In this document: piece by piece, positions 41,537 to 51,020 of the stretch
Layout of the letters: every line of letters starts with the position of its first letter
How positions within the stretch are numbered: the stretch's first letter is position 1
DNA from: a virus
Direction: 5' to 3' (one strand)
Virus record (IMG/VR): IMGVR_UViG_3300023296_001674
DNA length: 64,000 nt
Made by a program: the position numbers and the translations under genes
Notes under the pieces: generated by a model
What the model was told of the DNA's origin: nothing
Database searches by the model: none
The model's input: the letters and a program-made list of their open reading frames with translations, nothing else

Positions 41537-41616
41537 GTTGTTATTATATATGGTTTGTGCAATATGTCAAGATGTTTATTATTGACTTATGGACGGTGTT
41601 TTTATATAATGATATT

Positions 41617-41844
41617 ATGAGATATTTACATGTAGAAGCACATAGTGGTCGTCCATATTGGATTGTGATTGAAGAAAAAAACAAAGATAATCATTGGGGT
41701 CAAATGTTGAATATAGGAATGAGTGTTTGGTTGTGTGAAAATATATCAACATCGGGCGATGATTGGTGTTTTTTAGACACTAACAATGCAGTTAGTTTTT
41801 TAAATCTTGATGATGCGATGGCATTCATTTTGCGATGGGCATAA
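41617..41844 (+). CDS. Hypothetical protein with C-terminal MAFxLRW motif (possibly leaderless mRNA)
   Basis: Track ORF trimmed to ATG 41617. TTGACT 41582-41587, 17 nt, TATAAT 41605-41610 ends 6 nt before the ATG. Confidence 0.55.
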   Translation: MRYLHVEAHSGRPYWIVIEEKNKDNHWGQMLNIGMSVWLCENISTSGDDWCFLDTNNAVSFLNLDDAMAFILRWA

Positions 41845-42098
41845 ATATAGATATGATAACTGTTAAATTATGCGATCACGGAATAAATGTTACCATGCAT
41901 CAAGATGCCGAATTTATTGAAACTGAAAAGGGTATATGGTTAGAGGATAATAACATCGATTATCGCATTTGTTCTATTGTTAATATCTTGGCTATGAATA
42001 TAGACGGTAAGACAATTGATGCGATATCTATTGAAAATATGTCATTTTTTAGCGAAGAAGACTTTATGGCATTTAAATTGCGATGGAGCAATCAATAA
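41835..42098 (+). CDS. Hypothetical protein with C-terminal MAFKLRW motif
   Basis: ORF track; 10-nt overlap with the previous gene. Confidence 0.65.
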   Translation: MGINIDMITVKLCDHGINVTMHQDAEFIETEKGIWLEDNNIDYRICSIVNILAMNIDGKTIDAISIENMSFFSEEDFMAFKLRWSNQ

Positions 42099-42580
42099 GA
42101 AGCAAGTTTGGGTGCAAGGAAATCCATATGTGACATAGGGGTATTAATGACAACTGAAAAAGGTAACATCGAAAAATCACCAGCCCAATCTGTACCATTA
42201 TATAACACTTGGTTTAAGAATCTATCATATTTCAATCTAATACTTGAGACTGTTATTACGCATTGTATGCCATCGTCGTTGATATAATATCGCAATCGAT
42301 TGTTATGCAAATCGACAAATCCACCATAATGCATAGTGCCATCTATTAAAATGGTCGCATTACGATAATCATAGCAGTCAGTTCCACCACGTCTTGCTTT
42401 ATACACTTTTTCTTGTTTCCAATTCAATGAATAAGTATTATCTTGATATGTATGTATGCCATCTATTTTTAAGGCGTTACCGTGGAGAACTTTTTGTTTA
42501 AATGAGTTTTCTGTTTGAACGGTTAATGCTTCACCATGAAGTAAATAGCATCCAGTTTCTGATTGTTTTATTGTATTCAT
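42092..42580 (-). CDS. Hypothetical protein
   Basis: ORF track. Confidence 0.65.
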   Translation of the reverse strand: MNTIKQSETGCYLLHGEALTVQTENSFKQKVLHGNALKIDGIHTYQDNTYSLNWKQEKVYKARRGGTDCYDYRNATILIDGTMHYGGFVDLHNNRLRYYINDDGIQCVITVSSIRLKYDRFLNQVLYNGTDWAGDFSMLPFSVVINTPMSHMDFLAPKLASY

Positions 42581-42655
42581 AAGTATTCCTATACTAAATA
42601 TTAAAACAGGATATAATAAATCACAGTAAAAGTCAATAAAACAGGAAAGTATATT

Positions 42656-43045
42656 ATGAGTTTTAATAAAATCATCGACGATATTAAGATTAAGTATTTA
42701 ACGATGGACCCAAGCGTTGATCCAAAGAATAAAGAATCGCGCCGGAACTGGATATTATTCATGGCGAACAAGACACAACGGTTTCCTGTACGTCAGGTAT
42801 ATGATAGATTGATACCGTCTGTAACAAAGATGACAGTCAATACAGATATGAAATACCTTGAAGATCAAGGACTTATCAGGCGCGAGAAAGAAAGTGATGG
42901 AACATCGCATATCGTTCCATTGTTTGATGATTCAGGTGAAGCACCTGAACCAAAGCACGTCATATATAAAAGATGGGCGAAAAATGTAATATTACCACTT
43001 ATTGCCTTGACATTACTTGTCGTATTTGTTATTATCAGTGGTTGA
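42656..43045 (+). CDS. Winged-helix-like protein with C-terminal membrane anchor
   Basis: DMKYLEDQGLIRREKESDG is wHTH-like. C-terminal ILPLIALTLLVVFVIISG. Confidence 0.55.
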   Translation: MSFNKIIDDIKIKYLTMDPSVDPKNKESRRNWILFMANKTQRFPVRQVYDRLIPSVTKMTVNTDMKYLEDQGLIRREKESDGTSHIVPLFDDSGEAPEPKHVIYKRWAKNVILPLIALTLLVVFVIISG

Positions 43046-43065
43046 TATTAACGAGGAAAAAGAAT

Positions 43066-43803
43066 ATGTTATACAGTATAGGCGACGTTCATGGAAGATA
43101 TGATTTACTTAGATATCTTCATGAAAAAATAATGGAACATTCTAAACAATTTGATGAAGTGCATACAATAGTTATGTTGGGCGATTATATTGATCGTGGT
43201 CCAGATAGTAAACAAGTCATTGATTTTTTGATAACTGAACCATTTACAGATTTTAAGCATGTATATTTAAAAGGCAATCATGAAGATATGATGATAAAGT
43301 CATTATATAGTGATGAAGAAACCGTTATATATGATGTATACAAACAAGATATGTATAATGCTAGGAATATATTCTTAGGCAATGGTGGAACAACGACGTT
43401 AGAATCATTCGGGGTTGAATATATCAGACTAATGAATGATAAAGAATCCTTGGATCATGTATTTTTGCCATATTTGCCATTTTTCATGGGTTTAGAATAT
43501 TATTATGATGTTAATGGATATTATTTTGTTCATGCTGGCATTGTTCCTGGTGTTCCATTGGATCAGCAAGACCCTAACGCTGTGCTTTGGATACGTGATA
43601 GGTTTTTAAATAATACTGATGATCATGGCAGATTGATAATACACGGACACACGCCCACGACAACGCGTGGTATGGGTGCTCATCCAGAAGTTAAACCCAA
43701 CCGTATTAATATAGATACGTGTGCATATCGTACTGGAATTTTAACAGCGGTATGTCTCGACGAAGCGCATCTCCGAGTGCCAGAGTTTATTAGCACAGAA
43801 TAA
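43066..43803 (+). CDS. PPP-family Ser/Thr protein phosphatase / ApaH-like metallophosphatase
   Basis: Trimmed to ATG 43066. GDVHGRYD, GDYIDRGPDS, GNHE, HAG, GHT. Confidence 0.85.
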   Translation: MLYSIGDVHGRYDLLRYLHEKIMEHSKQFDEVHTIVMLGDYIDRGPDSKQVIDFLITEPFTDFKHVYLKGNHEDMMIKSLYSDEETVIYDVYKQDMYNARNIFLGNGGTTTLESFGVEYIRLMNDKESLDHVFLPYLPFFMGLEYYYDVNGYYFVHAGIVPGVPLDQQDPNAVLWIRDRFLNNTDDHGRLIIHGHTPTTTRGMGAHPEVKPNRINIDTCAYRTGILTAVCLDEAHLRVPEFISTE

Positions 43804-43886
43804 ATTGTTTTTTATTTGACATATGTGATATATATATGTTACTATCATGTTATAAAATAACAATAATCTTTAATATGGAGTAACAA

Positions 43887-44288
43887 ATGAATAAAAATCT
43901 GCTTACAACTTTGATAAATATTAATATAGTAAAGCCCGGAACCGAAATAGCAATGTTGCGTATCGGAAACTCGATGGTTGGATCAGGAGCAACCTCTTTG
44001 AAAATGAGGGTGTTTAGCACAGAAGATAAGGACGGTAATCAACAACAAATAGAAGTGAATGCAAATCATCTCGTAGAAATATATAAGTGTGAAATAATCG
44101 ATGAAGAAATATCTATATATGCACATAGCGTTGTAGATGGCGAAAAATTCATATTAAATGACGAAGATATTGTATTGATTGACAGCATGTTACCAGAAAA
44201 ATTAGCTGCGGTTTACGGATACACACCAGACGGAATCAAAAAGATACAAGGCAAAAAGCGGGGGCGTAAACCAAAAATAAGAGAGTAA
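43887..44288 (+). CDS. Hypothetical protein with basic AT-hook-like tail
   Basis: ORF track; C-terminal GKKRGRKPKIRE. Confidence 0.65.
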   Translation: MNKNLLTTLININIVKPGTEIAMLRIGNSMVGSGATSLKMRVFSTEDKDGNQQQIEVNANHLVEIYKCEIIDEEISIYAHSVVDGEKFILNDEDIVLIDSMLPEKLAAVYGYTPDGIKKIQGKKRGRKPKIRE

Positions 44289-44296
44289 CATAACAT

Positions 44297-44590
44297 ATGG
44301 GCAAATTAATAAGTTTTCATGATAATCCAGTAACAAGTTTAAAAAAAGAATTGATCGAAACAGAAGAAAAATTAAAAATTGCCCAACATGAGTTATCGTT
44401 TTTTAAAAGTATATATTCTACAACGCATTCAATTGGTGATTTAATAAAATTGCAGTTGGCGGATTTATCACAAAATGTAATGACGCATCAAGGACATCTT
44501 AAAATGGTTCAAGAAAATATAAATGCAATCAGAGTTAAGTTGGAAAACCTTGAAGAAATGAAGAATAGAGTAAAAATGATTGATGAATAA
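44297..44590 (+). CDS. Coiled-coil protein
   Basis: ORF track; heptad-like EEKLKIAQHEL... Confidence 0.65.
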   Translation: MGKLISFHDNPVTSLKKELIETEEKLKIAQHELSFFKSIYSTTHSIGDLIKLQLADLSQNVMTHQGHLKMVQENINAIRVKLENLEEMKNRVKMIDE

Positions 44591-44596
44591 CAAAAA

Positions 44597-44622
44597 ATCC
44601 ACCCTGCGAGGGTGGATTTTTT
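44597..44622 (+). terminator. Rho-independent terminator
   Basis: tccaccct-gcga-gggtgga, then T6. Confidence 0.8.
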
Positions 44623-44669
44623 GTCTCTAATAATAAATAATAGTAGGTTTTTATTTAGAGGAATAAAAA

Positions 44670-44858
44670 ATGGCAAAATTAGCAACACAAACATTTACCA
44701 TAACATTATCTAGAGCCGTTCCATCCGATGCGTCGGGTGGTATCACTGCTTTAAATGAAGAAGCAATAGATCAATTAAAAGAAGCAATAGTTGCTTTAGC
44801 AAATGATGATAGCATAGTGGTTGATTTTGTAGAAGCATTATATGTAGGAGATGAATAA
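44670..44858 (+). CDS. Hypothetical protein
   Basis: ORF track; TAATAAATA motif 39 nt upstream. Confidence 0.65.
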   Translation: MAKLATQTFTITLSRAVPSDASGGITALNEEAIDQLKEAIVALANDDSIVVDFVEALYVGDE

Positions 44859-45330
44859 AATGAATGATATACAATTGAGTGGAAATTTTAAATTATCAGA
44901 GTTGGTTAAGTCAGATACGGCGGAAAGGTTAGATATTGATAACTGGCCCACAGACAATGATACTATTGAAGCGTTAAGGGTGACAGCAAACAGAATATTG
45001 CAGCCCGTCAGAATGAATTACGGTATTTCTTTTTCGCCTACTAGCGGGTTTCGTTGCTTAACCTTGAATAGAGCATTAAAATCGAAAGATACATCTGATC
45101 ATGTTTTAGGTAGAGCAGTAGATTTTGAAGTACCAGGAATACCAAATAAAGATTTGGCTGTGTGGATACGAGATAACCTATCTTTTGATCAGGTTATATT
45201 AGAATTTTGGGATGGGATAAATCCAAACTCTGGGTGGGTGCATTGTTCTTTTAGATCAGAAACTGAAAATAGAAATCAGTGTTTAACTATTAATAAAAAT
45301 GGCGTATTTAATGGATTTAGAGCAAATTAA
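44851..45330 (+). CDS. Peptidase M15-family cell-wall endopeptidase (probable endolysin)
   Basis: FKLSELVKSDTA...SGFRCLTLNRALKSKDTSDHVLGRAVDFEV (SxHxxGxAxD zinc site). Confidence 0.8.
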   Translation: MNKMNDIQLSGNFKLSELVKSDTAERLDIDNWPTDNDTIEALRVTANRILQPVRMNYGISFSPTSGFRCLTLNRALKSKDTSDHVLGRAVDFEVPGIPNKDLAVWIRDNLSFDQVILEFWDGINPNSGWVHCSFRSETENRNQCLTINKNGVFNGFRAN

Positions 45331-46024
45331 ACAAGAAATTTATTATTTATATGAAATTGAAAATATTATCAATGGAAAGAAATATATCGGATATACTAAT
45401 AATCCAAGACTTCGCCAAAAAGCACATTTTGTTTGGAAAAATAGTGGGTCTATATTGGTTGAACATGCTATTAAAAAATATGGATTAGATTCATTGCGGT
45501 TTAAAATACTTGTTAAATCAGACAATGAAGTATATATTAAAGATTTAGAAATTGCAGCCATTAGCTCTCTTAATACCAAAGCACCACAAGGGTATAATTT
45601 AACTGATGGCGGCGAAGGAACTCGTGGTTTGACATTATCTGATAATCAAAAAGCAGATAGAAGTAAAAACATGAAAGGTAAAATGATTGGTGAGAAAAAT
45701 CCCTTTTATGGAAAGAAACATGATCCAGAAACTCTAAAAAGAATGGTAGAAACTAGAAGAAAAAATGGATCATATGTTGCGTGGAATAAAGGCGGCGGAC
45801 ATAAATTAAGTGCTAAAAGTCGCAAAAGTCTCCGTGAAAACAGACCTGTTGGCGGGACAAAAAATCCAAACGCCAAGTTGACGGAAGAAAAAGTACGAGA
45901 AATATATAATCTAAAAGGACAAATGACTGGTGAAAAGGTCGTCATGTTCTTAGGTTTGAATGTATCTGGTGAGACCGTTAGACGTATATGGAATAGAACT
46001 ACATGGTCGAGTTTAGTATATTAA
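45299..46024 (+). CDS. GIY-YIG homing endonuclease with NUMOD3-like repeat
   Basis: IYYLYEIENIINGKKYIGYTNNPRLRQKAH (GIY-YIG), GEKNPFYGKKH. Overlaps the endolysin 3' end by 32 nt. Confidence 0.85.
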   Translation: MAYLMDLEQIKQEIYYLYEIENIINGKKYIGYTNNPRLRQKAHFVWKNSGSILVEHAIKKYGLDSLRFKILVKSDNEVYIKDLEIAAISSLNTKAPQGYNLTDGGEGTRGLTLSDNQKADRSKNMKGKMIGEKNPFYGKKHDPETLKRMVETRRKNGSYVAWNKGGGHKLSAKSRKSLRENRPVGGTKNPNAKLTEEKVREIYNLKGQMTGEKVVMFLGLNVSGETVRRIWNRTTWSSLVY

Positions 46025-46069
46025 TATACTATAATAAATAATACTATATTAACGTGAAGGATCAATACT

Positions 46070-46486
46070 ATGAGTAAACAAAGCATCGTAATGTTAGACG
46101 ACACCGGCATTATTCAAAGTGTCTCTGGTGAGGCAATCCGTGCTGATGCATGGTTTGGACTTAAAGATGGATTACATACCGTTACATTTCATATGGAAGA
46201 CTTTACTGGTAGAATATACATTGAAGCCTCATTAGAAACTGAACCAGCGGAAATCGATTGGTTTCCGGTTCACTTGAATGGTGGAAATGCGTATATGCAA
46301 TATCCATTAGACCCGTTGGTTCCTACTGGCACAGCCGGTGATACATTTGTTGATGCGTTTACGTTTCAAGGTAATTTTCTTTATCTTAGAGCAAGAATTG
46401 ATCGCAGTTATTATGTCCCTGTTCCAACTACAGATGACGAAAAATCACTACTTGGGTCAGTAAAGAAGATATTATTAAATCATTAA
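46070..46486 (+). CDS. Hypothetical protein
   Basis: ORF track; TAATAAATA motif 38 nt upstream. Confidence 0.7.
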   Translation: MSKQSIVMLDDTGIIQSVSGEAIRADAWFGLKDGLHTVTFHMEDFTGRIYIEASLETEPAEIDWFPVHLNGGNAYMQYPLDPLVPTGTAGDTFVDAFTFQGNFLYLRARIDRSYYVPVPTTDDEKSLLGSVKKILLNH

Positions 46487-46489
46487 TAC

Positions 46490-46518
46490 TTGACAGTGGC
46501 GGATTGTTTTGTTATAAT
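46490..46518 (+). promoter_or_regulatory. Consensus sigma70 promoter for the methyltransferase operon
   Basis: TTGACA 46490-46495, 17 nt, TATAAT 46513-46518. Confidence 0.7.
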
Positions 46519-46551
46519 TCATAATATAAAACAAGTAAAAAGAGTTCATAT

Positions 46552-47391
46552 ATGAAATCACCATTACGATATCCGGGTGGCAAAACGCGTGCAACCAAAA
46601 CATTATACTCGTTAATACAATACCATATACAACAAAATAATATAACTGATATATGTTCGCCATTTTTGGGTGGAGGATCATTTGAATTATTTTTATGTAC
46701 AACTGGCATTAATGTTACCGGATATGACATTTTTGATCCGTTGGTAGATTTTTGGCAGTGCATGTTAACTGATCCAGATAAATTAGTTGCGGTTATAGAA
46801 ACTTATAAAAAATCATATGACAGTGGAATACCAACAGCAAAAGAACAATTTTATATATTACAAAAAACACAACACGAATATTCCGACGTATGGCACAGGG
46901 CGGCAATATTTTTCACATTGAATAGATCGTCTTTTTCTGGATCGACGATGTCTGGTGGATGGTCGCCCGATTATCCACGTTTTAATGATTCTTCTATCGA
47001 AAGAGTTAAATCATTTAACGAACCATTGCTGCAAGTTAATAAATTATCGTTTGATCAATCTATAACAAAACATAAAAACAGTTTTCTATATCTCGATCCG
47101 CCATACATGATTGAACACAATCTTTATGGAAAAAAAGGAAACACCCATAAAGATTTTGATCATTTAGGATTATATGACATATTAACAACTAGAGATAATT
47201 GGATTATGTCATACAACGATGATGCTGATATTCGAAATTTATATCAGAATTATAAAATAGAAACGGTAAATTGGGCATATGGCATGACTTCTAATCGCAA
47301 ATCAAATGAAATCGTTATATTCAGTGATGATATAATATCCGACCCTTACTCTATAGATGCTATATCAAAAGGCGCGAATATAATTTGGTAG
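46552..47391 (+). CDS. dam: DNA N6-adenine methyltransferase, Dam/D12 class
   Basis: RYPGGK, SPFLGGGS (FxGxG), LNRSSFSG, DPPY (LYLDPPYM). Confidence 0.85.
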   Translation: MKSPLRYPGGKTRATKTLYSLIQYHIQQNNITDICSPFLGGGSFELFLCTTGINVTGYDIFDPLVDFWQCMLTDPDKLVAVIETYKKSYDSGIPTAKEQFYILQKTQHEYSDVWHRAAIFFTLNRSSFSGSTMSGGWSPDYPRFNDSSIERVKSFNEPLLQVNKLSFDQSITKHKNSFLYLDPPYMIEHNLYGKKGNTHKDFDHLGLYDILTTRDNWIMSYNDDADIRNLYQNYKIETVNWAYGMTSNRKSNEIVIFSDDIISDPYSIDAISKGANIIW

Positions 47392-47401
47392 AAATAATGC
47401 A

Positions 47402-48535
47402 ATGTCAAGTTTGAAATATAGGAAAATACGAAAACATATGCTTGAAAATGTTATTAATTGGGGCAATTTTAAATATGTCCCAACGAAAAAAATAAAGAAA
47501 AAAACGAATATCGTTGACCGCGATGCATATAAAAATGCGTTCGGGATAGATTTAGTTTTATCCAATAATAAATCTAACAAATCCGGCGACGTTCTAGAAT
47601 GCGCAACTGCTATTGTCTTATCCAAAAAATTACATGGATCGACTATATATAAAAACAACAGAAAATCTGATAGGGTACATAATGCATTTAATGAATTATC
47701 AGAAATTGAACAATTAAAATGGTTGACGTTAGTAGAAAAAAGCGTAGATGAAATTATAGCAGCAGAAAAATTAGACGAATACACTGATATAATAATATAC
47801 TTTTGCGATCAATCACTCGAAGATGATCAACGTGATATTGTAGTAAAGTCTAATAATGATGACATTTGTGGTATATCTTGCAAGAGAAACAACACCTCTA
47901 ATAAATCTATATCGTGGTATGCCCTGACGACATTTGATAATTTTATAGTTAAGTATACCAATGGATCGATAATCGCCGATGTCATAGATCAAAATATTAT
48001 TGCGGGTTTTTACCACAGGGGTATAAAATTTATTAATCACACCACCAATATCATCGATAATATCAGAAGATGGCCTTCAACAAAAAAAGGTTATTTGCAA
48101 ACACCGCGTGAAAAAGTTATATTAAGAAATAGAATAAACATGTTACAATTAATGACTGATTATATACATAAAATGTTTGTTAGATATATAGAAATGTCAT
48201 CAAATGAAGAATATGATATACGATTATTATATAACATATTGAATGGCATAGGAAAATATGATTATTATAAAGTATCGACGACTAACGATAAACCTAACGA
48301 CGTCGAATCCATCAATACTCATAACACATTGAATAATTATACAGCAATTAAAACCCCCCTTATAATACCAAAATCATTAAATATTACGATGGGTTATGAT
48401 AAACAAAATCGTGTTATAATTATATATGATTTTGGTGGTACCAATATAATGCACATGAGATTACACACCAAGTCTGGTCGTATGTTAAATTCACATATGG
48501 GCATAGAATGCGTGAACGAAACTGCTAAAAAATGA
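47402..48535 (+). CDS. Candidate type II restriction endonuclease partnered with the Dam-class methyltransferase (function unproven)
   Basis: Starts 10 nt after the methyltransferase stop. Very AT-rich. ...EDDQRDIVVKSNNDDICGISCKRNN... could be a PD-(D/E)xK-type block (by eye). Confidence 0.6.
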   Translation: MSSLKYRKIRKHMLENVINWGNFKYVPTKKIKKKTNIVDRDAYKNAFGIDLVLSNNKSNKSGDVLECATAIVLSKKLHGSTIYKNNRKSDRVHNAFNELSEIEQLKWLTLVEKSVDEIIAAEKLDEYTDIIIYFCDQSLEDDQRDIVVKSNNDDICGISCKRNNTSNKSISWYALTTFDNFIVKYTNGSIIADVIDQNIIAGFYHRGIKFINHTTNIIDNIRRWPSTKKGYLQTPREKVILRNRINMLQLMTDYIHKMFVRYIEMSSNEEYDIRLLYNILNGIGKYDYYKVSTTNDKPNDVESINTHNTLNNYTAIKTPLIIPKSLNITMGYDKQNRVIIIYDFGGTNIMHMRLHTKSGRMLNSHMGIECVNETAKK

Positions 48536-48578
48536 CATACACAACCCCCTAATTCTATTATATAACAAACCTAAGCCA

Positions 48579-48593
48579 TTCTAATAAATATAA
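48579..48593 (+). promoter_or_regulatory. Candidate late promoter motif (TTCTAATAAATATAA)
   Basis: The 15-mer is identical to 50986-51000. Core TAATAAATA (48582-48590) lies 43 nt before ATG 48625. Resembles the T4 late -10 TATAAATA. Confidence 0.5.
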
Positions 48594-48624
48594 AGAGAAC
48601 ATATTTAATAGGACTATTGTATCT

Positions 48625-50991
48625 ATGGCTATACATGCACAAAAAACAACATTCAGATCGTCTGCACAATTTCCTGATTTTCTTGTAACGGGTCCGTTAA
48701 CCAATGGTCATATATTAGTTTATAGTGATGAAGTCAATGCATTTATTAATACCACAGGAACTATTGGCGGTGGCGGTGATGGCACATTAGATGGCGCAGT
48801 CAATATTGGAACTGGTTCAGAAATATTTAAAGCCATTAATGTTACAGACGAATTAGAATTAAGAACGCTACTTGGCGGTCAAGGTATATCATTACTTGAA
48901 GGCGCTAATGAAATAGAAATATCCAATGATATTATAACTGATTCTGCTATTAGTGTTGCAGATTCTTTTGTTGTAACGATAGATAATGATAACACCACAA
49001 CAGACACTGCGGTATTTGGTGTTAGCACTAATAGTTCTCCTGCAACGATAGTTGTTGCACCAGTTGCCACATATGTTGCCCCAAATTTAGATATATCGGT
49101 TGTGTTACCGAGTTCATTTGTCACTGCATCTGGTGATTTCGTAGCGGACGGTTTTGTTACCGGTATGTGCTTGAAATCAACCGGAACCACTGAACAAGAT
49201 GGTATTTGGATAATAGATACGGTAACAACCAATACAATAACAATAACTGTTCCATTTACAAATCAAACCGACGCGGGTGATCAACCAGACACAACATTGG
49301 AAGGAATGTTTGTTGTATTTACTGCTACAACTTTAACGATGACAGGGCGTGATTTCTACGAAGATGGATTTAGAGTAGGATATACAGTTGACGTAACTGG
49401 AACTACTGATAATGATGGAACATATACAATTGCAGTAATATCTGGCGCAGATATGCTTATCAATGAAACATTTCCGGTAGCGGGATGTGATGTAGGAACT
49501 ATAACTGTAGCGGTTCCTGTTCAGGATCATTCAACTGGATGGTCTGTTAATGAACTTGGTGTCACAATTTCTAACGGTGGAACATTTAACGGTGATATAA
49601 CTGTCACATCTGCCAATAATATAAACATAGACCAAGGAACATTGTTAATCGATAGTGTAGATATTATTGATACTATAAACGCTGCGATATTTACAGTTCC
49701 AACTAATGGTCTTATAACACAAACAACATCGGGCAATTTCACATCCAGAGTGGTTGCAGTTAGTGGTGGATTATCCATCGTTGACGGAGATGGAATAGCA
49801 GGCGATCCTACTATAAGCGTTGATGCATTTGACATTACGTTAGATGGAGATATAACAGGAACGGCAACTGTCACGGATTTAGGTAATACAACCATAACTA
49901 CTACATTAGGAGACAATGGCGTAGTTAATGGGACATTTAACCATGTAACCGTTGATAGCACAGGACGAGTAACAAATGGAACAAATGATGCAATCGTAGG
50001 GGCGAATGGAATAACTGTTACCAATGGTGATGGTGTTGCAGGAACTCCAACTATTACGGCGGCGGATTTTGACATAACAATAGCAGGTGATGTTATTGGA
50101 ACGGCAACAGTTACTGGATTAGCTGATGTCGTTATAACTGTAGCACTAGATGCTATAGCTGCACCAGGAACTTATAACTCAGTTACGATTGATGCAACTG
50201 GTCGAGTTACTTCTGGTTCAGTGATACCGGGCGGCAGTTATCAAGCTGCTGATCCAGAGTTAGATGATTTATCTGGCGGTTTAACCGATCCCGGTTTTAC
50301 AGTATGGGATGGCACGCAATACATCGATAGAACTATAAATGGTTCTACTAATGAGATTGTGGTAACGAATGGAGACGGTGTTGCAAGCGACGCAGTAATT
50401 GGATTGGCTGATGACCCAATCATTCCGGGAACTGGTTCTATGACAATACCAAGAGGCCCAGCGGTTGATAGACCAGGGTCGGGTGTTGAAGGTATGATTA
50501 GATATCACGCTGATGCACAAGATTTCTTTGAAGGATACACCGATACAGGGTGGCTACCATTTATGATGGATGAGGGTGTTTCATTCTTACCATTGGCTGG
50601 TGGCACAATGACTGGTGATATCACTATGGATAGCAACGATATCATCGATATTGGATTAGTTGATGGTCGTGACGTTGCAGTAGATGGTGCAATATTAGAT
50701 GATTTGAATACTGGAACCGGTATCAAAGCACAAGTAGCGGCTGGCGACTTTGAAAGTAGAACAATCGTTGGTACCGCACCAATCGTAGTCACTGATGGTG
50801 ATGGCGTAGCAGGCAATCCTACGGCATCAATGGATATTACAACTGTTACTGCCCTTGAAGTTGGGCAAGTGGTTGATGAAATAAATGATGAATTAATTAT
50901 TTACGATGATTCACAATCAGCAATGAGACGTATATCGCCAAGACAATTAAATAATAGATTTGCCCGTAGATATTTTATGGCGCAATTCTAA
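48625..50991 (+). CDS. Tail-fibre-like structural protein with internal repeats
   Basis: 788 aa, rich in Thr/Gly/Val/Ile. Repeats SIVDGDGIAGDPTISVDAFDITLDGDITGTATVTDLGN, ITVTNGDGVAGTPTITAADFDITIAGDVIGTATVTGL, VVTNGDGVASD, VVTDGDGVAGNPT. Confidence 0.8.
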   Translation: MAIHAQKTTFRSSAQFPDFLVTGPLTNGHILVYSDEVNAFINTTGTIGGGGDGTLDGAVNIGTGSEIFKAINVTDELELRTLLGGQGISLLEGANEIEISNDIITDSAISVADSFVVTIDNDNTTTDTAVFGVSTNSSPATIVVAPVATYVAPNLDISVVLPSSFVTASGDFVADGFVTGMCLKSTGTTEQDGIWIIDTVTTNTITITVPFTNQTDAGDQPDTTLEGMFVVFTATTLTMTGRDFYEDGFRVGYTVDVTGTTDNDGTYTIAVISGADMLINETFPVAGCDVGTITVAVPVQDHSTGWSVNELGVTISNGGTFNGDITVTSANNINIDQGTLLIDSVDIIDTINAAIFTVPTNGLITQTTSGNFTSRVVAVSGGLSIVDGDGIAGDPTISVDAFDITLDGDITGTATVTDLGNTTITTTLGDNGVVNGTFNHVTVDSTGRVTNGTNDAIVGANGITVTNGDGVAGTPTITAADFDITIAGDVIGTATVTGLADVVITVALDAIAAPGTYNSVTIDATGRVTSGSVIPGGSYQAADPELDDLSGGLTDPGFTVWDGTQYIDRTINGSTNEIVVTNGDGVASDAVIGLADDPIIPGTGSMTIPRGPAVDRPGSGVEGMIRYHADAQDFFEGYTDTGWLPFMMDEGVSFLPLAGGTMTGDITMDSNDIIDIGLVDGRDVAVDGAILDDLNTGTGIKAQVAAGDFESRTIVGTAPIVVTDGDGVAGNPTASMDITTVTALEVGQVVDEINDELIIYDDSQSAMRRISPRQLNNRFARRYFMAQF

Positions 50992-51000
50992 TAAATATAA
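50986..51000 (+). promoter_or_regulatory. Candidate late promoter motif (TTCTAATAAATATAA)
   Basis: Identical 15-mer. Core lies 32 nt before ATG 51021 and overlaps the stop of the fibre gene. Confidence 0.45.
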
Positions 51001-51020
51001 GATAAAAAGGGAAATTAAAA

